DNA of 64,000 bases from Pseudomonadota bacterium. Its GTDB lineage: Bacteria > Pseudomonadota > Alphaproteobacteria > Paracaedibacterales > CAIOTO01. A model generated the notes under the pieces. That model worked only from the letters and a program-made list of their open reading frames with translations, made no database searches and had not been told where the DNA came from. The stretch spans positions 12,931 through 76,930 of the forward strand of contig JAZKAK010000003.1 in assembly GCA_040389165.1 (NCBI GenBank), given 5' to 3'. The stretch's first letter is position 1. Every line of letters begins with the position of its first letter. Of the stretch, positions 50,152-58,062 are shown piece by piece. The position numbers and the translations under genes are program-made.

Positions 50152-50664
50152 TTAATCTTCGTACTTTTTCATGCGCTTTACTTTATTGATAAACATTTGA
50201 CGCTTTAGCGACGACAGATAATCGATGTACAATTTACCATCTAAATGATCAAGTTCATGCTGGATACATGTCGCCAAATTATCATCTGATTCAATGTGTT
50301 GCAGCGTTCCATTCTCATCGAGATAGTGCATCTTAATTGCTTTTGGGCGTGATACGTCAGCACGTAATTCTGGAACTGAAAGGCAGCCTTCAACACAGGT
50401 ATTTAGCTCGTTCGATCGCCATGTAATTTCAGGATTCACCATTCTTAACAGTGTAGTTCCAGGGGCGCGTTCTGAAATATCAATAACAACAAGCCGCATA
50501 CTAATGCCTACCTGCGGCGCAGCAAGGCCAACACCGTCTTCGGCATACATGGTTTCGATCATATCATCAAAAATTATGCGAATAGCATCGTCCACAACGG
50601 AAACGGGCTTCGCTTTAATACGAAGCCTTGAATCTGGAACGGTAAGTACAGTTAGCAAAGTCAT
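50152..50664 (-). CDS. def: Peptide deformylase
   Basis: 170 aa with motifs GVGLAAPQ, EGCLSVP and HELDHL. Confidence 0.95.
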   Translation of the reverse strand: MTLLTVLTVPDSRLRIKAKPVSVVDDAIRIIFDDMIETMYAEDGVGLAAPQVGISMRLVVIDISERAPGTTLLRMVNPEITWRSNELNTCVEGCLSVPELRADVSRPKAIKMHYLDENGTLQHIESDDNLATCIQHELDHLDGKLYIDYLSSLKRQMFINKVKRMKKYED

Positions 50665-50667
50665 TTT

Positions 50668-50792
50668 ATACCATTTTCAATACGTTTTGAGTAGCAAGAC
50701 ATCAAGATTCGAGCAGCGTTCGTTCCCACATGTACATGAGCAGCAGAGATATTGAAGAGGGCTGCACTAATCGAAACTGAGTGAATTGGTAG
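50668..50792 (+). repeat. RE-A diverged copy filling the def-ftsZ spacer
   Basis: ATACCATTTTC...GTGAATTGGTA. It occupies all but a few nt between the ftsZ stop (50796) and the def start (50664). Confidence 0.65.
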
Positions 50793-50795
50793 TGC

Positions 50796-52346
50796 TTAAT
50801 TATTTCCACGACGCAAGAATGCAGGAATATCCAGCAAATCATTGTTATCATCCTCTGGACGACTATTTGTATTTTTAACAACTTGCTCTGTCACAGGTTG
50901 TGGCTGAACACGATTGCGACTAACACCGGTAAAACGTTCAAACAAAGAAGGTGAGCGACGCGGTGTTTTTGATTCCATTGCCATTTCTCTTTCGGCATAC
51001 GGATTTGTTGATCCCGTAAATGGCGCCCCATTAGGTGTATCATAATGATTACTACCTTGTGGTGCTGTATGGTCATTATGATTCGTTGTCGCATACGGAT
51101 TGAGTGATGCCGTTTCAGAGGACGTTTCCTGCACATCATACGAAGGGGCTGCAGTTTGTGGAACATCGTTCATTCCACTATACGATTCCATCTCATTTTC
51201 ATCATAAGCATTTGATGATGTTCCACCGGCTTGTCCAGCAATTGCTGAATAGGCATGCGGCATACCAGGCATTGCAGGTCCAGTATAGCCACTGTTTGGC
51301 GTTGCTGGGCGATTGGTTGAATTTGTTGGCGTGTCATACGTTGATGAACCTGCTTTCCAACCAGCTGTTCCTGGAACACCAATGCCTGTCGCAACGACAG
51401 AAACGCGCATACGGCCATTGAGTTTTTCATCAAAGGTTGAACCAAAAATAATGTTTGCTTCAGATTCGACATCTTCACGGATGCGATTGGCAGCTTCGTC
51501 AACTTCATACAAGGTCATGTCATAACCACCAGTAATGTTGATCAATACGCCTTTAGCGCCTTTCATTGATACATCATCAAGTAATGGATTTGAAATAGCA
51601 GCTTCAGCAGCATCAAGCGCACGACGGTCACCTTCGGCTTCGCCTGTTCCCATCATTGCCTTACCCATTTCAGCCATAACGGCACGGATATCGGCAAAGT
51701 CAAGGTTGATCAAACCAGGCATGATCATCAAGTCAGTTACGCCACGAACACCAGAGTAAAGAACGTCGTCTGCCATTTTAAAGGCATCGGCAAACGTTGT
51801 GCGCTCATTCGCAAGGCGGAATAAATTTTGGTTTGGAATAATAATCAATGTATCAACATATTGATGAAGCTCTTCGATACCTTTTTCAGCGGAGCGCATA
51901 CGGTGCGTTCCTTCGAAATGAAACGGTTTTGTCACAACACCAACGGTTAGAATGCCACTTTCACGTGCAGCACGCGCAATTACTGGGGCTGCGCCTGTTC
52001 CAGTGCCACCACCCATACCACCGGTGATAAAGACCATATTGCTGCCTTGCATGAGTGCAATTATTTCGTCAAGAGACTCTTCAGCAGCGGAACGACCCAC
52101 ATCTGGCTTTGATCCAGCACCTAAGCCTTGTGTGATATTTAAACCAAGTTGCAAGCGATTTTTTGGATCGACAAGGGACTGCTCAATTGCCTGCGCATCG
52201 GTGTTCGCAATGATAAATTCCACACCTTCCAGTTTTGCGCGAATCATGTTATTTACGGCGTTTCCACCTGCACCACCGACTCCGATAACGGAGATGCGCG
52301 GGCGTAAATCTGATGCTGCTGTTGGTTTAGTGCTTATTTTTGTCAT
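50796..52346 (-). CDS. ftsZ: Cell division protein FtsZ
   Basis: 516 aa with the tubulin signature [11 protein letters not shown]. It has a long P/N/T/Q-rich linker and the conserved C-terminal peptide [11 protein letters not shown]. Confidence 0.97.
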   Translation of the reverse strand: MTKISTKPTAASDLRPRISVIGVGGAGGNAVNNMIRAKLEGVEFIIANTDAQAIEQSLVDPKNRLQLGLNITQGLGAGSKPDVGRSAAEESLDEIIALMQGSNMVFITGGMGGGTGTGAAPVIARAARESGILTVGVVTKPFHFEGTHRMRSAEKGIEELHQYVDTLIIIPNQNLFRLANERTTFADAFKMADDVLYSGVRGVTDLMIMPGLINLDFADIRAVMAEMGKAMMGTGEAEGDRRALDAAEAAISNPLLDDVSMKGAKGVLINITGGYDMTLYEVDEAANRIREDVESEANIIFGSTFDEKLNGRMRVSVVATGIGVPGTAGWKAGSSTYDTPTNSTNRPATPNSGYTGPAMPGMPHAYSAIAGQAGGTSSNAYDENEMESYSGMNDVPQTAAPSYDVQETSSETASLNPYATTNHNDHTAPQGSNHYDTPNGAPFTGSTNPYAEREMAMESKTPRRSPSLFERFTGVSRNRVQPQPVTEQVVKNTNSRPEDDNNDLLDIPAFLRRGNN

Positions 52347-52714
52347 AGCCTTGTGTCCATTCTTTTAAAAACTGAAACTGAAAATGTATTTTTTTATTTT
52401 TTATCATGAACCAACGTCATTAATAGAAAGGCTGAATCGATAAATTCACGACGACCTCATCACCAGCATAGGTTAATGAAATCCTCGAAATGCTCTTTTA
52501 ATCATATATTGGTACATGTTTGGTATCATTGTAATGTGTAAAATGAATTCAACCAACAAAATAATTACTGTTTTTTGATTTTTATATTCATTTAGAATGC
52601 AGCGCAGTGCGCACGTTTTTCCCCTGTGTATTGCCTGGACGTGATCCGGGCATCTAGATCACCGGGTCAAGCCCGGTGAACACACGAAAAGAAGCCTAGT
52701 GAATACACGAAGAG

Positions 52715-52877
52715 CATGCTACCCGTCACTTTTTGTCACTCCACCCTTGTCATTCCCGCGGAGGCGGGAATCCAGAAAAGCCCCTTTAAAAACCGTGAGT
52801 TTGGGGAGAGCTAAACAGCCTGGATCCCCGCCTCCGCGGGAATGACAGTAAGAAAAATAAAAGTGACGGGTAGCATG
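52715..52877 (+). mobile_element. RE-B copy 4
   Basis: By eye identical to copy 1. It is inserted in a tandem array of CTAGTGAATACACGAAGAGA units. Flanks are ACGAAGAG and ACGAAAAG. Confidence 0.8.
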
Positions 52878-52995
52878 ACGAAAAGAAATCTAGTGAATAC
52901 GCAAAGAGAGGCCTAGTGAATACACGAAAAGAAATCTAGTGAATACACGAAGAGAGGCCTAGTGAATACACGAAGAGAAATCTCGATACACGTTT
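52878..52995. repeat. Tandem array of about 23-bp units (CTAGTGAATACACGAAGAGA-type, RE-D half-sites)
   Basis: Five units lie after RE-B copy 4, and one more unit lies before it (52690-52714). Confidence 0.75.
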
Positions 52996-53012
52996 TTCTC
53001 AAAAAAACACAT

Positions 53013-54017
53013 TCACCCAGCTTTTGATGTTTCAATAAACACATCCATCTGCTGGCCAATTAATACATCATCGTGTGTGTTTTCAATTTTATACACAATC
53101 TCGATAATGCGTGTATCAATCAATTCTTTGCTATTGCCGCTCAATTGATTCTTTGGCATTGCGTATGGTTCAAACCGCACGCATGTCAGCAGGTACCCGT
53201 CGGCAGCATTGCTGCGAAGAAATCCAACAGCCTTTGCCTTATGTTCATAGCGCCACACGTCATTTTCATCGATTTGCACACGCACATAAAGTGGCTTATG
53301 GTTGCCCATTGTCATAATTGGCGTTTGCGTGTTTTCGTTAATATACTCACCTTCATTTACGTATGTTTTAAGAATAATTCCAGCCACAGGCGCTTTTACA
53401 ATAAGTTTATCAAGCGCAACCATTGATAGCGCATGTTTGCTGCGTGCTTGTTCTAGTTTTATTTTTTGCGTATTAAGATCAGCTAAAGCCTTTTGAAATT
53501 CAAATTCAACTTTTTTGATGTCACTACGACTTTTAACGCCATCTTTTAGTTTCTGATCTCTGTTATGCAAATCTTCCGCATAGCCATACGTTGCTTTTGC
53601 GGCCTCTACGCACTGCTCAAGCGCCTTAATTTCGTGTTCATCAATGGTAACTTGCAAAATTGCTGACCGGGTATCTAGTTCAAACAGAGGTGCTTTTGCC
53701 TCAACAACATCGCCTTCCTTAACGTATATCTTTTGCACAATACCTGATGTAAAAGTTCCCACATCGATATTCCTCGAATTTGCCTCGACAAAGCCAATAC
53801 CGGCAATAGCATGTTTGAACGGGGATGATGCTGGTAAGCTCATTTGATTTGCAGGAATATCAGGCAATTTTCCTTTTGAAAAACTAAAGGCAATAGCGGT
53901 AATAATCCCCAAGACGCCGCATGTGGCCAGGATATTCGCTCTGGCAAAGACGAGGGTTGTTTTACTGATGTCTATTAATGCTGATATCATATTTTCAATG
54001 GGTGGAATTTGTTTCAT
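53013..54017 (-). CDS. HlyD/MacA/DevB-type periplasmic adaptor (membrane fusion protein)
   Basis: 334 aa with an N-terminal TM anchor, biotinyl-lipoyl-like and coiled-coil hairpin segments, and a beta-barrel C-terminus. Confidence 0.85.
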   Translation of the reverse strand: MKQIPPIENMISALIDISKTTLVFARANILATCGVLGIITAIAFSFSKGKLPDIPANQMSLPASSPFKHAIAGIGFVEANSRNIDVGTFTSGIVQKIYVKEGDVVEAKAPLFELDTRSAILQVTIDEHEIKALEQCVEAAKATYGYAEDLHNRDQKLKDGVKSRSDIKKVEFEFQKALADLNTQKIKLEQARSKHALSMVALDKLIVKAPVAGIILKTYVNEGEYINENTQTPIMTMGNHKPLYVRVQIDENDVWRYEHKAKAVGFLRSNAADGYLLTCVRFEPYAMPKNQLSGNSKELIDTRIIEIVYKIENTHDDVLIGQQMDVFIETSKAG

Positions 54018-54196
54018 GTTTATTATTTTACGTATTTATGACTTTGTTGATTCTTGCAGAAAACGTAACGCGCTTCAAGGTGCAAAGGCATTAAAAAAGG
54101 GAGCATTCAAGCCCCCCTTGTCTATTTTATACATTGCTTGTTTAAAGACGGTGTTGCCGACTAATTTACGGCATGCACTTTCTTGCACTTAACTAA

Positions 54197-54376
54197 TTAA
54201 ACAGCAGCTGGCGCAGGCTCTTCTGCAGCTGGCGCAGGCTCTTTTGCAGCTGGCGCAGGCTCTTCTGCAGCAGGTGCAGTTTGTTCTTCAACTTCAGCTG
54301 AAGCTTTTGCATTTTCTATGCAGAAAAAGCTGCTCATGATTAATGAAGTCGCTATCAGTACACTTTTAATTCTCAT
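54197..54376 (-). CDS. Small secreted Pro/Ala/Glu-repeat peptide (59 aa, below the ORF-track cutoff)
   Basis: Hand translation: MRIKSVLIATSLIMSSFFCIENAKA|SAEVEEQTAPAAEEPAPAAKEPAPAAEEPAPAAV. AGGA lies 8 nt upstream. It sits between the ABC ATPase and adaptor genes on the same strand. Confidence 0.5.
   Translation of the reverse strand: MRIKSVLIATSLIMSSFFCIENAKASAEVEEQTAPAAEEPAPAAKEPAPAAEEPAPAAV
54204..54266 (-). repeat. Coding tandem repeat, 3 x 21 bp, in the small secreted peptide gene
   Basis: GCAGCTGGCGCAGGCTCTT(C/T)T x3, encoding (E/K)EPAPAA. Confidence 0.9.
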
Positions 54377-54500
54377 GTTCTACATCCTAAAAAAGTTATC
54401 TTATTAATATGTAACATAAAATAGTTAATGATAGGTTAACAACGCCGCACGTCTATGTTGTCATTACAACACCACATAATGATGCTCTTGAAACAAAATA

Positions 54501-55208
54501 TCACTCAATTCGCGTAATAACCCCATCATTCATATGGGCAATTCTGTCGGCATATTTAAAAATGCGCGCATCGTGTGTCACCACTACAAAAGTAGTTTTC
54601 ATCTCGTGGCTAATGCTTTTCATAAGTTCTAAAATCGTTGTGCCGGTTGCGTGATCTAAAGCACTTGTTGGCTCATCACAAATCAGCAAGGATGGATTAT
54701 GCACCAAAGCGCGGGCGATGGCGATACGTTGCTGTTCACCGCCAGACAGTTGCGTAGGCGATCGATCCACCTTGCTACTAAGCCCCATTTTACAAAGCAT
54801 ACCCTCGGCGCGCATCATGGCCTCGTCTTGCAACGTGCCATTTATAATCAGCGGAATCGCGATGTTTTCAAGCAGACTGAGTGTTGGAATAAGATTAAAT
54901 GCTTGAAAAATGAAGCCGATCTTTTTGGCTCTGAAATCAAGCAATTCCGTGTCGGTTAAGAGGTTTAAATCGAGGCCTTCGACAAGGCATGTGCCAGTAC
55001 TGGGTTTTAAAATGCCGGCAATAATCGAAATTAACGTTGTTTTCCCGCACCCCGACGGCCCAACAAGCATCATGAATTCGCCTGTTTGAACATCAAGATC
55101 AACACCACGAAGGGCGGTGACTTCACACTCTCTCATGGCAAAGGATTTACTGATTCCCCTGCATGATACCGCAGACGAGGGGGTAATTTGTTTTATCGCA
55201 GATGCCAT
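54501..55208 (-). CDS. ABC transporter ATP-binding protein (MacB/LolD/DevA-type)
   Basis: 235 aa with Walker A GPSGCGKTT, signature LSGGEQQR and Walker B LLICDEPT. Confidence 0.92.
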   Translation of the reverse strand: MASAIKQITPSSAVSCRGISKSFAMRECEVTALRGVDLDVQTGEFMMLVGPSGCGKTTLISIIAGILKPSTGTCLVEGLDLNLLTDTELLDFRAKKIGFIFQAFNLIPTLSLLENIAIPLIINGTLQDEAMMRAEGMLCKMGLSSKVDRSPTQLSGGEQQRIAIARALVHNPSLLICDEPTSALDHATGTTILELMKSISHEMKTTFVVVTHDARIFKYADRIAHMNDGVITRIE

Positions 55209-55211
55209 TAT

Positions 55212-56366
55212 TTATCCCCTAAACACGAGCGCTGGGTCAACGCGAATCACACGCCTAACGCTGATGATTGCTGCTGTCAAAATAATAAATAAAACACCTA
55301 AACCAGAAAATAGCAGCAAAATAGGGGGCATGCGGACGGCCAGGACAGAATCGTTGAATTTTATGGCAAACAAACTGGCAAGCCCGACACCAATGCCATA
55401 GCCAATGACGCCCACCACACATGCCTGCAACATTACCATTTTCGCCAAAAGTGCATTGCGCAACCCCATGGCTTTGAGCACTGCATAATGCTTGATGTTC
55501 TCGGACACGAAATTAAAGAATGTTTGGCCCACAACGGCGGTTCCAACAATAAAGCCAAGCAGAACAGAAATACCAAAGTTAATCGGAATGCCGGTGCTTT
55601 TCATCCAATAATTGAGGTTGGTATCCGAAAATTCCTTTGCTGTTTCCGCCCGCAATCCTGTTTTTTGAGAAATCCGTGTACAGATCTGATTTGGGTCTTC
55701 ACCTTCTTTAACTTTGACAAGAATATACGTAAGATGCCTTCTGCCAGAAGCCGAATATGACACGGCGCGTGTGTATGTTGTGTATGCTTGCGGTTGCATG
55801 ACGAAATTTCGAGTGGCTTTAATATAGCCTGCGATTTGCGCACGTTTATCGTTCAATTCAATCACATCACCAATAGCGAGAGGACGTGTTTGAGTTTCTG
55901 AAACGCGCACACGAAGGCGTGTGTTGGCGGCTTCTTGATCGACAAAGATGGCATCCGGACGTCTGAAATCAGAAAGACTTCCCTGAATGATTGTGGCAGG
56001 TGCGCCAATCAATGTGGCATCATCAATGCCTGCTATATCAAGTGTTTTTGTTGACCCATCTGGTAATTTCGCCCGCATCAATCCTTTGTACAACGGCACT
56101 GCCCACGCCACACCATCGATACCACGCACACGATTAAGTTCTATATCACGCAGGGGTTTGTTTTCTTCGACGAATTGCACACCATTATCCATCACCCAAA
56201 TATCAGGCAACGAAACATCGCGGATGAAGCTGTATGTGCGCGACAGCAGACCAACCAAAATCGATGGCTGTTGCGTCATAATCAGCGTTGAAAAGGAAAT
56301 CCCAACAATCATGCTGATATATTTTCCTGTGTCGCCAAATAACATTTTAAGCGCGATGCGGTACAT
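55212..56366 (-). CDS. ABC transporter permease, FtsX/MacB/DevC-type
   Basis: ORF runs to 56495. The likely ATG is 56366 (MYRIALKMLFGDTGKY...). Layout is TM1, a large periplasmic domain, then three C-terminal TMs. Confidence 0.85.
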   Translation of the reverse strand: MYRIALKMLFGDTGKYISMIVGISFSTLIMTQQPSILVGLLSRTYSFIRDVSLPDIWVMDNGVQFVEENKPLRDIELNRVRGIDGVAWAVPLYKGLMRAKLPDGSTKTLDIAGIDDATLIGAPATIIQGSLSDFRRPDAIFVDQEAANTRLRVRVSETQTRPLAIGDVIELNDKRAQIAGYIKATRNFVMQPQAYTTYTRAVSYSASGRRHLTYILVKVKEGEDPNQICTRISQKTGLRAETAKEFSDTNLNYWMKSTGIPINFGISVLLGFIVGTAVVGQTFFNFVSENIKHYAVLKAMGLRNALLAKMVMLQACVVGVIGYGIGVGLASLFAIKFNDSVLAVRMPPILLLFSGLGVLFIILTAAIISVRRVIRVDPALVFRG

Positions 56367-56583
56367 GTAAAATCCTTGGGTTATGCGGTGAGAATAGCAT
56401 ATATGTACGAAAAAGGGAGGGGGCATTTTGTTACTTAATACCAAGTTCACTAAAGATTGATTGATGCAGCCTTCCGCTATGTCTGCGCTGCTCATTTGAA
56501 TAACGCTTGCCTTTTTTGCTTTTTTGGCAGAATCTGTACGAACAGAATTCTAACATAGTGATTATTTGATTAGGAACGTAAAC

Positions 56584-57477
56584 ATGCATCTTAGACAAAA
56601 ACAAAACCTATTTTTATTTCCAAATGAGATTGATTCATTGATGGATATAGCTGATCGCTATGACGTTTTCTTAATCGATGTTTGGGGTGTAACCCATAAT
56701 GGCGTAAAGCCTTTTCCTAATGCGATTTTGGCGTATGAAAAACTCAAAGCTGCAGGAAAAACACTTGTTATTTTGTCAAATGCACCGCGGTTACCTGGCG
56801 TGACGCGCACACGTTTGAGCGATATGGGAATTGACGATACATTATTTGATGATGTGATGACCTCTGGTCTTGAGTGCTATCAGGCATTGCGTGATCGTCC
56901 AAATGCATTTTATCAAAAGCTTGGCCCTAAATTGCATCACATTGGGCCAGATCGTGATCGGACTGTTTTTGAAGGATTGCCCTACACACACGTGGAATCC
57001 ATAGCTGATGCTGATTTTCTGCTCATCACAGGCACAGACGGCTGGGAAACGACAACGGATGCCTATCACGAACGCTTAACACACGCACATAGTCGAAACC
57101 TGCCGGCTGTTTGCGCGAATGCTGATAAGCTCGTTCAAAATGGTGATCAGCTTGTTATTTGCGCTGGTGCTATCGCTGATGCGTATCGTACGCTTGGCGC
57201 CGAGTCTATTTATACGCATGGCAAGCCAAACACCGATGTTTATCTGGCAGCGCATGCTTTAGCTAATATAAAACGTCAAGAAGAGGTGCCATTATCACGT
57301 GTTATTATGTTAGGCGATTCATTGGCAACCGATATTCGTGGATCAAATGTGTATGGGATCGATAGCGTTTTTACGTTAACGGGTGTACACGCAGGTACAA
57401 CGTCAGAAACATGGCCGGCGTTGCAGGAAGCGTATAAAGCAAAACCCACGTTTATGATGCCTTATGGAATTGCATAG
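56584..57477 (+). CDS. HAD-superfamily hydrolase, subfamily IIA
   Basis: Motif I is FLIDVWGV, then SNAP, then GDSLATDI. ATG 56584 has AGGA 8 nt upstream (track ORF starts at TTG 56566). Confidence 0.8.
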   Translation: MHLRQKQNLFLFPNEIDSLMDIADRYDVFLIDVWGVTHNGVKPFPNAILAYEKLKAAGKTLVILSNAPRLPGVTRTRLSDMGIDDTLFDDVMTSGLECYQALRDRPNAFYQKLGPKLHHIGPDRDRTVFEGLPYTHVESIADADFLLITGTDGWETTTDAYHERLTHAHSRNLPAVCANADKLVQNGDQLVICAGAIADAYRTLGAESIYTHGKPNTDVYLAAHALANIKRQEEVPLSRVIMLGDSLATDIRGSNVYGIDSVFTLTGVHAGTTSETWPALQEAYKAKPTFMMPYGIA

Positions 57478-57517
57478 GGCATACCGTTCACACGATTTCG
57501 ATTAGTGCAGCATTACT

Positions 57518-57739
57518 TTACGCGTTATTATGGCTGCCATCACAATAGGGCGGATTTTTCGTTTGCTTACACGTGCAAAGCCATGCAGAAGTTGGCGCCT
57601 CTACCTGGAAATGCAGAGATTTCAGGCCTGATCCTTTGTGTGCGCCATCACAAAAGGGTTGATTTGCGCTAAGGCCGCATGTGCACCAAAAATACGTTTT
57701 TTCGGCTTCGAGTTCGACATTCTTTGGTTGTGTTGTCAT
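57518..57739 (-). CDS. CDGSH iron-sulfur domain protein (two CDGSH-type motifs)
   Basis: CTCGLSANQPFCDGAH and CTCKQTKNPPYCDGSH. The likely ATG is 57739, preceded by AGGGGA (track ORF extends to 57814). Confidence 0.85.
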   Translation of the reverse strand: MTTQPKNVELEAEKTYFWCTCGLSANQPFCDGAHKGSGLKSLHFQVEAPTSAWLCTCKQTKNPPYCDGSHNNA

Positions 57740-58062
57740 GAAATTCCCCTTTTGGACAGTATACCCATCAATGCGCAGATAATCCATTCCGTTTGTCATG
57801 CAGGAAATATTCATTAGAATAATCTCATGCTCGGTGCATCACTCGTGCTTGACACGAGGGTCTGGCCATCCGGAGATCACCGGGTCGACGCCCGGTGAAT
57901 ACACAATCTGGAGTGTTAATTATTGCCAAAACAAAGCCGTGGAGCGCATACAGAGAATCTATTGATTTATGTAAAATTATATATATCGAGTTGAATAAGA
58001 AACATGCTTGCATTCTTAATACAAAATTAATAATATGTTTGTAAAATAAAAACATAAAATAA

